Source: Candidatus Bathyarchaeota archaeon (lineage in GTDB: Archaea > Thermoproteota > Bathyarchaeia > Bathyarchaeales > Bathycorpusculaceae). From it: 64,000 bases of DNA. The stretch is from assembly GCA_963768425.1 (NCBI GenBank), contig CAVYHV010000006.1, forward strand, positions 160,001-224,000, written 5' to 3'. The translations under genes and the position numbers were made by a program. Positions 22,335 to 32,327 of this stretch are shown here, piece by piece; position 1 is the stretch's first letter; the number at the start of each line of letters is the position of its first letter. The notes below the pieces were generated by a model. The model was not told where the DNA came from, did not search any database, and saw only the letters and a list, made by a program, of their open reading frames with translations.

Positions 22335-23648
22335 ATGTTGCTAAATGTAAATGGTGTCGAATGCCGTTACGGCTCAACGAAAATCTTAGAAAACGTCAGC
22401 TTGTCCTTGAAGGAAGGCGACTTCGTCGGGATCCTTGGACCTAACGGCTCAGGAAAAAGACCCTGCTCAAAAGCATAAGCCGAACACTCAAACCATCCAA
22501 GGGAGCAATCCTGCTAAACGACAAGGACATCTACACGCTGAAAAGCATCGATGTCGCAAAGCAGCTGGCAGTGGTCCCGCAGGACAACGCAATCAGCTTC
22601 AACTTCACTGCCATAGAAGTCGTTATGATGGGACGCACCCCCCACCTGGCAGGGTTTGAGATGGAAACTGAAAAGGACTTGGCGATCGCCAAAAAAGCCA
22701 TGAATTTAACGAATACCTGGCATCTGGCGCAACGGCCCGTAAACGAGTTAAGCGGCGGCGAACGTCAACGCGTCATCATCGCTCGCGCCATTGCTCAAGA
22801 ACCTAAAGTTCTTCTCCTAGATGAACCCCTCACTTACTTAGACATCATAAATCAGCTGGAAATCATGGATCTCATAAAATCACTATGCGTTTCAGAAGGA
22901 TTAATCGTCATGGCTGTCGTCCACGACCTCAACTTGGCAGCTCGCTATTGCAACTACGCATTGCTTCTCAAGAAAGGACACGTTTACGCCGCAGGAGCCC
23001 TGGATGAGGTAATGACAAGTGAAAACCTAAAAAGCGTTTTCCAAGTGGACGCCATTGTTAAGCGAAACCCAGTTACAAATTCTCTCTACATAATTCCGTT
23101 GTCGCCGCCAAAGTCTTGTCCGCCCGAAACTGCTCAATTCACATTATCAGCGGCGCCGGAACAGGAACTGTCCTAATGAAGGCTCTCCAAGAAGAAGGAT
23201 ACCGAATTACCGCGGGCGTCCTCAACGTTTTAGACACTGATTTCGAAACTGCCGAGTTTCTAAATATACCCGTAATCAGTGAAGCACCGTTTTCGCCTAT
23301 AACCGACAAAACCCGCAGCGCCAACTTTGACCTAATGGCGAAATCCAGCATGATAGTAATCACTTCTGTTCCGTTTGGTTATGGCAACATTTCAAACTTG
23401 GAGTCAGCGTTTGAAGCAGTTAAACTAGGCATCCAAACATACATCATAGACGAAGAACCTATTGACGGACGAGACTTCACTGGCGGCAAAGCAACCGTAC
23501 TCATGCAGGAGCTCAAAGAACACGGCGCCGTTTCATCAAACATGCGTCTGAACTGCCTGCTCTGGTTAATGCGAAACATGACTTAATGGAACTGCAAAAA
23601 AACGCTCAGAGCGAGGTTCCAGGTCGAAAAAACTCGCCAAAGCAATAG
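22335..23648 (+). CDS. btuD: FepC/BtuD ABC ATPase with C-terminal extension, frameshifted
   Basis: GPNGSGK, LSGGERQR, LLLDEP, VVHDLNLA; archaeal C-terminal extension HIISGAGTG...AGVLNVLDTD. Confidence 0.75.
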
Positions 23649-23686
23649 TTAAGCCTTCTAATTACAAAGATAAGAGTTAAATCACA

Positions 23687-24319
23687 ATGACCGAAGAAAA
23701 CAACAAGAAATCCTTTGCTTTCCTCAAAAAGCAAGCTTCAGAATTGGGTGCCATAGACGCAAAGGTGATTCCAGTTGAAAAAATCATAGTTGAAGATCGC
23801 GTTGTCTTCAAATGTAGGTTAGGCTGCGAAAAATATGGAAAGACATTGGCTTGCCCGCCTTATGCGCCCTCTCCCAGCGAGTTCCGCAAAATCGTCAGCG
23901 AATACCATTACGCCTTGTTCATGAAATTTCAGTCGAATGCAGAAGGGGATTCTGAACTCATAAAATACCTTGCAAAAACAAATGACTCCTCTGTTCCTCC
24001 AGAGATGAAGGCGAAAGTTGAAGATTTCTGGCTTGTATGGAAGAACGACATGAAACATCTTCTTGAAAAAGTCTTACAGCTCGAGAAAGCGGCGGCTGAA
24101 CAAGGGTATCTTCTCGCCGTCGGGTTAGTCTCCGGGTCCTGTCAGCTTTGCGAAAAATGCAACGTTCAAAGCGGGCTTTGCGTGCATCCCGAGAAGAAAC
24201 GTTACTCTCAGGAGGGCGTTGGAGTCAACGTGAAGGCAACCGCAGAAAAAGCTGGCGTAAAATTCACTTTGCCATTCAACAAAAACCCTGAAACCTTTGC
24301 CTTACTTTTGATTGATTAG
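23687..24319 (+). CDS. DUF2284 metal-binding protein
   Basis: KCRLGCEKYGKTLACPP and GSCQLCEKC...C.HP...R.S.EGVGVNV. Confidence 0.85.
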   Translation: MTEENNKKSFAFLKKQASELGAIDAKVIPVEKIIVEDRVVFKCRLGCEKYGKTLACPPYAPSPSEFRKIVSEYHYALFMKFQSNAEGDSELIKYLAKTNDSSVPPEMKAKVEDFWLVWKNDMKHLLEKVLQLEKAAAEQGYLLAVGLVSGSCQLCEKCNVQSGLCVHPEKKRYSQEGVGVNVKATAEKAGVKFTLPFNKNPETFALLLID

Positions 24320-24662
24320 ATAAATGTTAAACAGGTCGCTTTGCAAAAGGTTGCGCGTTTTGTCTGTTAACTTTTTCTTCGGCCCCAAAATCACGTCAAG
24401 AAAGCACTGCAAAAAGTGACTTTGCTTGTGGCGTTCGCCAATTAAGTCTAACTTGTAGTATCTGGACAAGGCAGCGCTCGCTCAACAAGAAGAGTTTGGA
24501 AAAAACGGCAAAAAACATGGATACCGTTGAAGGAACCCGGCGAAGTTATCAAAAGTCTTTTATATATTCCAAGTTTTGATATGTTGCCTTCTTGGTAATT
24601 AGGATTATAATAGTGTAGCAATATTTACGATTAACCAATAATTGGAAAGGATGTAGGTAGAT

Positions 24663-25367
24663 TTGACTATTCTGGTTCAAAAGACGGAAACGTGTTACTC
24701 AGCGCAGCTTATAATTGCGGCACTAAACGAAGCTCCCGGAATAGGGCTCACAATAGCTGAGATGAGAGATACTCTAGGTGAAGTTCCAGTTTTAGTCGTT
24801 GATGGCAATAGCAGCGACCGAACTGTTGAAATAGCTAAGAACATGGGTGCAAAAGTTGTTTGCCAAGACGGGATTGGAAAAGGCGACGCCTTAAATAAGG
24901 CTCTTGAAAACGCCGACCTAAACGCGGATTATATCATTCTCACTGATGCAGATTACACATACCCTGCCGAGTATGTTCCCGAAATGATAAAAATACTTGA
25001 AGAAAACCCGCTCATAGGCATGGTTTGCGGCAACCGGCTCAGCGGGCAAGTTGATAAAGAAGCCTTGCATAATGTTTTCCACATTGGTAACATGATGCTT
25101 GCTTTTGCACATAGCATGCTTAACGGAGTGCCGCTTCAAGACCCGCTGACTGGACTGCGAGTAATACGCGCCGAAATCCTGCGAGGGCGGCTTTTGAAAA
25201 GCAAAAGCTTTGACATCGAAGTTGAGTTGAACCATCTGGTAGGACAGCTAGGCTTCACGATTCGAGAAATCCCAATTCGCTACAGAGCGCGGCTCGGCGA
25301 GAAGAAGCTGAAGGTAAGTCACGGCGTCACTATACTGAAGAGAATATTGTTGGAAACAGCATGTTAG
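24663..25367 (+). CDS. GT2 glycosyltransferase (DPM1-like)
   Basis: IAALNE, VVDGNSSDRT, GKGDAL, TDADYTY, DPLTGLR. Confidence 0.9.
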   Translation: MTILVQKTETCYSAQLIIAALNEAPGIGLTIAEMRDTLGEVPVLVVDGNSSDRTVEIAKNMGAKVVCQDGIGKGDALNKALENADLNADYIILTDADYTYPAEYVPEMIKILEENPLIGMVCGNRLSGQVDKEALHNVFHIGNMMLAFAHSMLNGVPLQDPLTGLRVIRAEILRGRLLKSKSFDIEVELNHLVGQLGFTIREIPIRYRARLGEKKLKVSHGVTILKRILLETAC

Positions 25368-25679
25368 AATTGATGCAGATGCAATTTGGTTCGTTAAAAC
25401 AGTAATTGTTCCAACAACTATTGGTATTCTCGATTACGATAACGCAAATCTTATATCTTGCTATTGGTGATGTATTTTTCAAGGACAACTTTAGCGGTTC
25501 AGCTGTCCTCACTACATAAAATAGGAGAAGAACAAAATGAATAATCAATACAAACATAACAAAGCAAAGCTTGATAGCGACGTTGCTCCAATAGTTTTGG
25601 CGCTAACTGATGTACCCCTTAAAGTAAAGAAAAACTCTGAAAGCGAACCAATTTACATTGACCACTTATAAAGAACCCT

Positions 25680-25889
25680 CTAAGCCTCAGAAATAACAAT
25701 GTAGTCTTTGTTTTCTTCAACTGAGAATTTGTTCTTAAGAAATGCCCTCATTTCTTGAATGTCATAATCGCCTTTAATTTTAAGTTGGTAAGCATCGGGT
25801 AATCCATGTTCAATGCTAACAACAATAGGGCTAACAAGCTGATGATCACCTAACTCTTTTAGAAGAGCGACCGACTCTTCTCTATTCAC
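25680..25889 (-). CDS. Small hypothetical protein (paralogous fragment at ~28244-28310)
   Basis: 69-aa ORF; C-terminus FLKNKFSVEENKDYIVISE recurs at 28244-28310. Confidence 0.6.
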   Translation of the reverse strand: MNREESVALLKELGDHQLVSPIVVSIEHGLPDAYQLKIKGDYDIQEMRAFLKNKFSVEENKDYIVISEA

Positions 25890-26161
25890 TTGCTTCCCCT
25901 AACTCGCTTATTGGACGTACAATGCTAATAACACTTTGCTGAACAATTGTGTAAATAAACGTTGCACTTTCAGGAAAATTGGCATTGTCGAACGCATTTA
26001 CCAGAAAATACATCCTGATTACTTAATTTGAGAATATGTTTTCTGAATAGTGATTTTAAGCTGAAATCTTACTCCGCTACCCAAGTCGTCATTTTTAATG
26101 GAAATTTTAATCCAACCAACAGCTTGAATCTGTCGTCTGCTTGTTTCTGTAATGATACTTA

Positions 26162-27115
26162 TCATGGTCTATTATTTGATGCACATTCAAGCTTTCGTTT
26201 GGCTTCTTCAATCACTTTAAGTTTTTGCTCACTCACGACTGGAAATTTGATTCCCAAAGACAGTATGCTTGTAGTCATTATGTCGGCAACTATTGAACGA
26301 GCTAGCCATTTACAATCTGCTGGAATAATATACCAAGGCGCCCATTTCGTGCTTGTATTGTTTATCGTGTCCTCATAAGCTTTCATGTACTCATCCCAAT
26401 AATCCCTTTCTTTAATGTCAGCATCCGAAAATTTCCAATATTTGTCAGGGCTGTTTAAACGTTCACCTAAGCGTTTTTCCTGTTCATTCTTAGAAATATG
26501 CATAAAAAACTTTAGAATCACTGTTCCATTTCGCACAAGATGACGTTCAAAATTTGCTATATCTTCATAGCGGTTTTTCCAAAACTTGCTATCATATTTT
26601 CTCTCCGGAAGATTTTGGTTTTCCAAAAGATTTATGTGAACTTTAACAATCAAGACTTCTTCGTAGTATGATCTGTTAAAGATGCCTATCTGGCCCTTTT
26701 CAGGTAAAGCTACGACTTGTCGCCACAAAAAATTATGCTCCAACTCCGTGGTTGAAGGCTGCTTAAAACTTGTTACCTGGCAACCTTGCGGGTTAACTCC
26801 ACACATTACATGTTTGATAATGCCGTCTTTGCCCGCTGCATCCATACCTTGCAAGATCACAAGCAAAGCGTAAGTATTGTTTGCATAAAGCAACTCCTGC
26901 GCTTTCGCCAATTCTCGGCGGTTCTGCTCTAAAAGTGTATTAGCAATTTCCTTTAGTTTGCCTTTTCCTAAGAATTTGGTTTCCTCATTTTGCGCCCACC
27001 CGGTATCAAAGTCTTTTAGTTTTATTTTTGAATTGAATGAGACCTTTCCTTTGTAGCAGGCGTCTGTGGTGAAACATGCCATTTCTTCAATTTGGGCGCT
27101 TGGCTTCGTTGGCAT
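26162..27115 (-). CDS. ppk2: Polyphosphate kinase 2 family (class III-like polyP:nucleotide phosphotransferase)
   Basis: QGMDAAGKDG Walker A, GVNPQG, FNRSYYEEVL, KYWKFS..D..ER. Confidence 0.9.
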   Translation of the reverse strand: MPTKPSAQIEEMACFTTDACYKGKVSFNSKIKLKDFDTGWAQNEETKFLGKGKLKEIANTLLEQNRRELAKAQELLYANNTYALLVILQGMDAAGKDGIIKHVMCGVNPQGCQVTSFKQPSTTELEHNFLWRQVVALPEKGQIGIFNRSYYEEVLIVKVHINLLENQNLPERKYDSKFWKNRYEDIANFERHLVRNGTVILKFFMHISKNEQEKRLGERLNSPDKYWKFSDADIKERDYWDEYMKAYEDTINNTSTKWAPWYIIPADCKWLARSIVADIMTTSILSLGIKFPVVSEQKLKVIEEAKRKLECASNNRP

Positions 27116-27398
27116 ATTAATTATCGTCCCTTAAGAATCACGTGATTCTTGTTGATTGAACTAAAATCCAATGATGCTTAAAAAGTGTGTTAACCTATAA
27201 AACATATTTAAAATAATTGTTCGCGCAAAAACTGTGGAAGAGAAATGAAATAAAAGTCCGCCCGATTTTCTGATGGCCATTCACATCAATGGAAATAAAA
27301 TTAAATACATCCGGCGGCCTGACTCACCCAAAACTGGCGAAGGAAAACAAGGCTTAGCGCAATTATTGTTGAAAGTTTATAGCATTGGCGGATTTTTC

Positions 27399-27950
27399 TT
27401 AAGAGATCTCGCGCATTTCACATATAGTTTCTTCGTCATTTTTGGTCTTTGATTTTTCTTTTTCGTTTTGTTCGTTTACTTCTTTGTTGTGTTGGTCAAC
27501 TCGATTATTGACCGTTTTTACCAATTGAATAACCAGTTCAATGTCTTCTTGGAGTTTTTTTGGAGTAGTAATAATTGAAATTGTGTCCCCTTGTAAACTG
27601 TTTGCATAGTTAGGTTCACCTATCGGGAAAGAATCATTTGATTTTTCTGTTAAAGCTAATGGTTGAGCGGTTTTTTTCAATTCCTTTTCAAAGAGCTCTT
27701 GCCAATCCTCCTGCGGGACTCGGTCTAAGGGCAATTCAACAAAAAAAGTGTCTTCTTCTGTGGATAGTTTTGTTATTTTCAACGTTTCTGGGTCAATTGT
27801 TTTCAGATTCGTTTTCTCAATCAGGTTCAGAATGATGGCCCTTAAGCATATGAGCTTGAATTCGCCTTTAAGTTTTTGTATAAACTCCTTGGAAGAAATC
27901 ACGATAAAATCCGTACTTGTCAGCTTAAAATTCGTTCCCCTCAGTATCAC
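27399..27950 (-). CDS. Hypothetical protein
   Basis: 183-aa ORF, true start probably internal. Confidence 0.5.
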   Translation of the reverse strand: MILRGTNFKLTSTDFIVISSKEFIQKLKGEFKLICLRAIILNLIEKTNLKTIDPETLKITKLSTEEDTFFVELPLDRVPQEDWQELFEKELKKTAQPLALTEKSNDSFPIGEPNYANSLQGDTISIITTPKKLQEDIELVIQLVKTVNNRVDQHNKEVNEQNEKEKSKTKNDEETICEMREIS

Positions 27951-27984
27951 TAATAAATCGTAATACTTAATAAACTATTTAAGT

Positions 27985-28254
27985 TTGCACCGTTTTAGAA
28001 ATAATTGGTCCCACATGACAAAAAGAACACCAAGTTTAATGATAGAAAGCGGGTTCCTTGTGGACTTAACATTTCATAACATTCCAGCCTCATTGTTTAC
28101 CGAGTTTAACGAAAGAATCGTGAAACCATACTTCAAAGGCAATGTGAACTCAGCCATCCAAGACCTAATACAAAAAGAACTTGCAGAACAAGAATTTGTT
28201 CATTCTCACATAACACACATACGAAATCGTGTGGATACCTCGGCTCAGAAATAA
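27985..28254 (+). CDS. Small RHH-like hypothetical protein
   Basis: VDLTFHNIP...F...IVKPYF.GN...AIQDLI pattern. Confidence 0.55.
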   Translation: MHRFRNNWSHMTKRTPSLMIESGFLVDLTFHNIPASLFTEFNERIVKPYFKGNVNSAIQDLIQKELAEQEFVHSHITHIRNRVDTSAQK

Positions 28255-28509
28255 CGATATAGTCCTTATTTTCTTCCACTGAAAATTTGTCCTTAAGAAA
28301 TATCTTCATCCACTCATCTTTCTGAAGTTTCTCCCCACTCAGCAAAAGGCTCTCTCAAAAAAGAAATTTTATGACGCAAGAGTTTATTGAAGTGGCATGA
28401 ATAGTTTTTTCCAAATAAAAAAGAGGGAAAATACCGCAAAGAAAACAAACGCGTGGCATGTGTAGTGAAAATTAAGGGTGTTTCGAACAGACCTGAACGT
28501 GTTACCTCT

Positions 28510-28932
28510 TTATTCATATCTTGTTAGGAATAACGGTTTTTCCGCTTCTCTATGTCTCTTCTCAAGAGACACATCCTTCACGATAACAAAATCCGCAATA
28601 ATGCCTATGTCTTTCTTCTGTAATCCCATTTTTTCCTCCTTCGTTTGTTTAGAATCCACATCTGCGATATCGTCGCCAGCTTCCTTCATTTCTAGTGCCG
28701 CCAAAACAGCCTCATTAATCTCTTCGCGAGCGTCTTTCAGCTTTTCATTAGCATGCTCAAGTCTCTTAAAAATCGCGAACTTTTTGTTTTCCAAAAGGCA
28801 GTCATCTGCTAAATCCTCTACATGAGAAAAAGCCGAGGGCCAATGCGTATGCGTTCGAGTAGTCTCTGGGGATCTAACTAAACAGGTCCTTCTTTTTACT
28901 TTGTCTGACTTGTCCAGAATAACTTCGCTCAT
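28510..28932 (-). CDS. Hypothetical protein
   Basis: 140-aa ORF with GGAGGTG SD upstream of ATG. Confidence 0.6.
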   Translation of the reverse strand: MSEVILDKSDKVKRRTCLVRSPETTRTHTHWPSAFSHVEDLADDCLLENKKFAIFKRLEHANEKLKDAREEINEAVLAALEMKEAGDDIADVDSKQTKEEKMGLQKKDIGIIADFVIVKDVSLEKRHREAEKPLFLTRYE

Positions 28933-29357
28933 GCTTCGTTCCCACCTCCAAGATAGTTGTGTAGAAACGTGTTTATGGCAAATATTGATTGAAGCTACTT
29001 ATAGTATTTATGAATTTGAAATTCATGTTTTTTAAAATACGGAGCGAGCGCACAATCTTTTACGTTTGTCCAGGTTCCACTGGGGCAAGTCAGGTGCATA
29101 GAATTTTCTGGCGAATGAGAAAATCCAGGAGAGCACCTGAACAACTTCCTCTTAATCGGTGAGGGTTTAAATTGAATTTGGGAAACCCCTAAACTTGCGG
29201 GCTAAAATTAAGACTTAATGCTTGATGTGAAAATCTCCAGACGTAATGCTCTTTTATCCATGTTCTAATCAGTTAACAAGTGAAGCATATTGCTATACAA
29301 GACGTATGCAAATGCTTAAAATCATTCTAAACAAGTAATGAAACGAGGAGTAAAAAC

Positions 29358-29609
29358 ATGAATAAAGGCAGACTTTATGAAGAATTAATTCCACTTGAAC
29401 AATTATCCTATAAAGGGTACAATACTCCTGAGCTTGTAAATGCTAAAATAAAGCAAATTTTAGACGAAGTTAAAAAAGAAATGCCGCCTTTCACCGAAAA
29501 ATGGGTTAATACAGAATACGAAAACCCTGATTGGAAAGCAACTTGTGAAGCTATGAACGAGAGAACATTAGCAAGAGAAAAGTGGTTTATCAAATGGTTT
29601 GGTGAATAA
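29358..29609 (+). CDS. Small hypothetical protein
   Basis: 83-aa ORF with GAGGAG SD. Confidence 0.6.
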   Translation: MNKGRLYEELIPLEQLSYKGYNTPELVNAKIKQILDEVKKEMPPFTEKWVNTEYENPDWKATCEAMNERTLAREKWFIKWFGE

Positions 29610-29855
29610 AAATGAGCGAAGCCGTGTACTCGATTCCGATACTACATGCACAATACCTTAACCTTATGTAACATGGATATACCAAACCGAGTAAACACCC
29701 TCCTCCCTATCCAAAAAAAGCTACCTTTTACGTATGGGTTGGTTGGTTGGTTGGATTAAAATTTAATCCCAAACCCAAACAGTCCAATAGCGCGCGGTTC
29801 ATGGCAAAGAAATAGCCTAACATGGCAAAAACGGATAAGTTAAATAAAATTTTGC

Positions 29856-30224
29856 TCATATGGTCACCAATGAACTAATATTCCAACTTAATACGATTAT
29901 GTAAACAATGTTGGCAGCGATAATGGATGCCACAAGAAATCCATGAATAAATCTACCCCATTTAGTTGTATTGTCTATTTTGAAAAAAATGAAGTATATT
30001 GCTGGAAAAAGTAGTAAAGGAAAAACAAATTTTCCTATCAATGAAAACTGAAGAACTGAATGCGTTTGATTAAATCGTGTTGCAAGTAAAGGGTTTCCTT
30101 CGTAGCCTCCAGAAGCCAAAATAAGTTGCGTGCTAACTGTATCTATAATTTCTTCTCCAAGTAATACCATAGCTAATTTGATAGCTAAGTTTGCCGTGAA
30201 TAGTTTTTGTGTGTTAATCAGCAC
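29856..30224 (-). CDS. DUF5658-like membrane protein
   Basis: D..ST..IL..GGYEGNPL motif followed by TM helices. Confidence 0.6.
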   Translation of the reverse strand: MLINTQKLFTANLAIKLAMVLLGEEIIDTVSTQLILASGGYEGNPLLATRFNQTHSVLQFSLIGKFVFPLLLFPAIYFIFFKIDNTTKWGRFIHGFLVASIIAANIVYIIVLSWNISSLVTI

Positions 30225-30298
30225 ACGCGGTCAATAGTAAGCAGGCGTAAATTAGCATATAAAATCTGTTAGGAATCTAACTGCACAACGAGTGTATA

Positions 30299-30439
30299 TT
30301 AATCATCCATTGCCTCAATCATGGGTTGACCACAACAATCTGGCGGTTTTTCTCCTTTACAAATTGAGGAATGTGCACAGCATATTTCATAGTCAGCATT
30401 TACCTTACGACCACATTTAGTACACATGAATATTGGCAT
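30299..30439 (-). CDS. 46-aa desulforedoxin-like Cys-rich protein, not in ORF track
   Basis: Hand translation MPIFMCTKCGRKVNADYEICCAHSSICKGEKPPDCCGQPMIEAMDD (CxxCG...CCGQPM). Confidence 0.7.
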   Translation of the reverse strand: MPIFMCTKCGRKVNADYEICCAHSSICKGEKPPDCCGQPMIEAMDD

Positions 30440-30570
30440 TTCTTATCCTATTTACAAGATATTGAACGAACATAAAAAACCTGATTCTAACCTGAAATTT
30501 TACTCAGCTACATCAGTCGTTAATTTTTTTTAATTAAAACTTAATCCCAAACCCGTAAGCAATCAAAGTG

Positions 30571-30885
30571 TCACAACACGTAGACTTCACCAATACTCAC
30601 TAAGCCGTTATCTCCAACGATTCTTTTAAGTTCTGGAAGAAGAGGTTCAAGCTTCGATTGTTCATCTATCACTTCAATAATCAAAGGCATGTTAACTGAT
30701 ACACCTTCCAAGTGTAAGGTAGATTTGCCACGCTTGCCAAATCCATTAATGCCAGTCCAAACCGTAGCACCCTCGACTCCAGATTTTATTAAAAAGTCTA
30801 TGACAAGCGTTTGAAGACGTTTACCACCCAACTCATCGTTCTTCTTTATTCGAATCGTGAGATTCCACATTTTCATTTTCATCAT
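30571..30885 (-). CDS. DUF190 (PII-like) protein commonly linked to crcB
   Basis: GATVWTGINGFG, MPLIIEVID; ATGA overlap with crcB. Confidence 0.9.
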   Translation of the reverse strand: MMKMKMWNLTIRIKKNDELGGKRLQTLVIDFLIKSGVEGATVWTGINGFGKRGKSTLHLEGVSVNMPLIIEVIDEQSKLEPLLPELKRIVGDNGLVSIGEVYVL

Positions 30886-31268
30886 AATACCTTCGCCATT
30901 ATCAAATTGCCTAATTCTCTGCCAGCAACTACAGCACTTAACGACAAACCAACATTAGCAACAATATTCAGGATAACAAGATTAAAACGATTGCTATCCA
31001 TCAAATTACTGGTTTCAAGTGCAAATGAAGACATTGTTGTGAATGAACCACAGAACCCTATTGCGACAAGCAACGTATATTTCACATCTAAATTCAGGGC
31101 AAGAGCAACAACGGAAAAGATGCCTAAAACGAAACTTCCAATAACATTGACTATCAAAACATTAATTGGAAGCCCACCTATGGTTATTGACGATTGAATC
31201 ATTTCATACCGCAACAAAACACCTGTGACCGCCCCGATAATTAAGAAGATGAATTCAATTTCTTTCAT
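30882..31268 (-). CDS. crcB: Fluoride channel Fluc/CrcB
   Basis: GA..G..LRY, NVIGSF, GFCGSFTTMSSF. Confidence 0.95.
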   Translation of the reverse strand: MKEIEFIFLIIGAVTGVLLRYEMIQSSITIGGLPINVLIVNVIGSFVLGIFSVVALALNLDVKYTLLVAIGFCGSFTTMSSFALETSNLMDSNRFNLVILNIVANVGLSLSAVVAGRELGNLIMAKVL

Positions 31269-31271
31269 TTC

Positions 31272-32114
31272 CTAAAGCCTCTTCATTATGCTAATTGCTT
31301 GAAATGTGTTTTCAAAAGTGGAAATGCCAAGGTCTGAACGAGCAAAACCGCCATTTCTATTCTGGCATTCTAACACGAAGTCAATTGTTTGTAATGGGTA
31401 TCTGCATTTCTCACCAAGCAAATCAAGGGTCAATACGCCATAATACGTATGTTCCATATATGGCATAAAACCAATTGGAATAACTGTAAATCCACCATGA
31501 GGTTTCTCGCATTTCCTTACAAACGATATTGTTTCATGGGTGTCTTCGATTTTCTTTTTTAGAAGATTTAGAGAAGCAAGAGCGTAATATGTAGAAATAA
31601 GGTCGGAGTGGTTCTGTGAGCCAAATCCACCATCCTCATTCTTAAATTGAAGCAACCATTTCGTTAAGTCATCCTTCTTAACTCGAACATTAAGTATGTT
31701 CGCAAGTTCCAAAGTTAAGAATGTCGTTGTAAATTCAGACGAGATTTCTGAAAAACCTTCTATTGAATTGAAACACCCTATAGAGTTGATGTGTGAAGTA
31801 ATTCGCTTTCTCAAACTGTTATTGATTTTTCCATTGCAAAACAATAGGGCTTTAGTAACGTAGAAAATTGGAAAAATACTCTCTGCTCTAAGTTCATTTA
31901 ACCATCTAATTGTTTTTTCAATGTTGGGAAAACTCGCATTTAGAAAACTTAGAATTGCCAACCCATAATATGTGTCCTGTGCATTGGATTCAGCACCTTG
32001 ACAAAAAGTGTAGCCACCATCTTCATTCTGACGATTAGTGACGTAATCTACTATTCTTTTGACCCATGATTTGTCGTTTAACCGCCTTACTTCAACCAAT
32101 TTAATCCGCACCAT
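31272..32114 (-). CDS. Prenyltransferase/squalene-oxidase repeat protein
   Basis: QNEDGGY, KNEDGGF, EKPHGGF, QNRNGGF repeats each followed by TYY/TF; start moved to ATG 32114, downstream of the riboswitch. Confidence 0.85.
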   Translation of the reverse strand: MVRIKLVEVRRLNDKSWVKRIVDYVTNRQNEDGGYTFCQGAESNAQDTYYGLAILSFLNASFPNIEKTIRWLNELRAESIFPIFYVTKALLFCNGKINNSLRKRITSHINSIGCFNSIEGFSEISSEFTTTFLTLELANILNVRVKKDDLTKWLLQFKNEDGGFGSQNHSDLISTYYALASLNLLKKKIEDTHETISFVRKCEKPHGGFTVIPIGFMPYMEHTYYGVLTLDLLGEKCRYPLQTIDFVLECQNRNGGFARSDLGISTFENTFQAISIMKRL

Positions 32115-32124
32115 TTTTTGATTG

Positions 32125-32185
32125 GTAGAAGCTATCAGCCTATGTCTGTTCAAGCATTTGGCGGTTAAAGGCGAGCCTCATCGCC
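32125..32185 (-). ncRNA. Fluoride (crcB) riboswitch
   Basis: Minus strand GGCGATGAGGCTCGCCTTTAACCGCC...GGCTGATAGCTTCTAC: P1 GGCGA/TCGCC, pseudoknot GAGGC/GCTTC, terminal CTAC; heads an operon containing crcB. Confidence 0.9.
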
Positions 32186-32257
32186 GAATTGACTTTTTCA
32201 GTCAATATTAAATCTTGTAAATAAGCCTTCCTTTTCAAAACGCTGATTTTCTTGAAG

Positions 32258-32327
32258 AATGTATGTCTTAAAAATAATGTATGTCTTAACGAAATGTATG
32301 TCCTAACTTCTAATTAACACATACATT
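32258..32327. repeat. Array of the 14-bp motif AATGTATGTCTTAA: three direct copies and one inverted
   Basis: Direct at 32258, 32276, 32293 (1 mismatch); inverted at 32314-32327 (1 mismatch); 7-bp spacer between the last two. Confidence 0.8.

Noticed and set aside
20252-23648. Apparent mass pseudogenisation of the btuFCD-like operon, and frameshifts in the propeller, kinase, Pat-like, rSAM/SPASM and terminase genes
   Set aside because: Single-base indels, often at homopolymers, are spread over otherwise well-conserved genes and cluster regionally. This fits long-read consensus error better than decay or programmed recoding; it cannot be settled without reads.
28133-28345. 70-aa ORF as an intact gene
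   Set aside because: Only ~65 bp match the 3' end of 25680-25889 and the ORF overlaps a more plausible opposite-strand gene; probably a paralogue remnant.
32114-32153. ORF-track start of the prenyltransferase-repeat gene at 32153
   Set aside because: It falls inside the fluoride riboswitch aptamer; ATG 32114 or a later start is more plausible.
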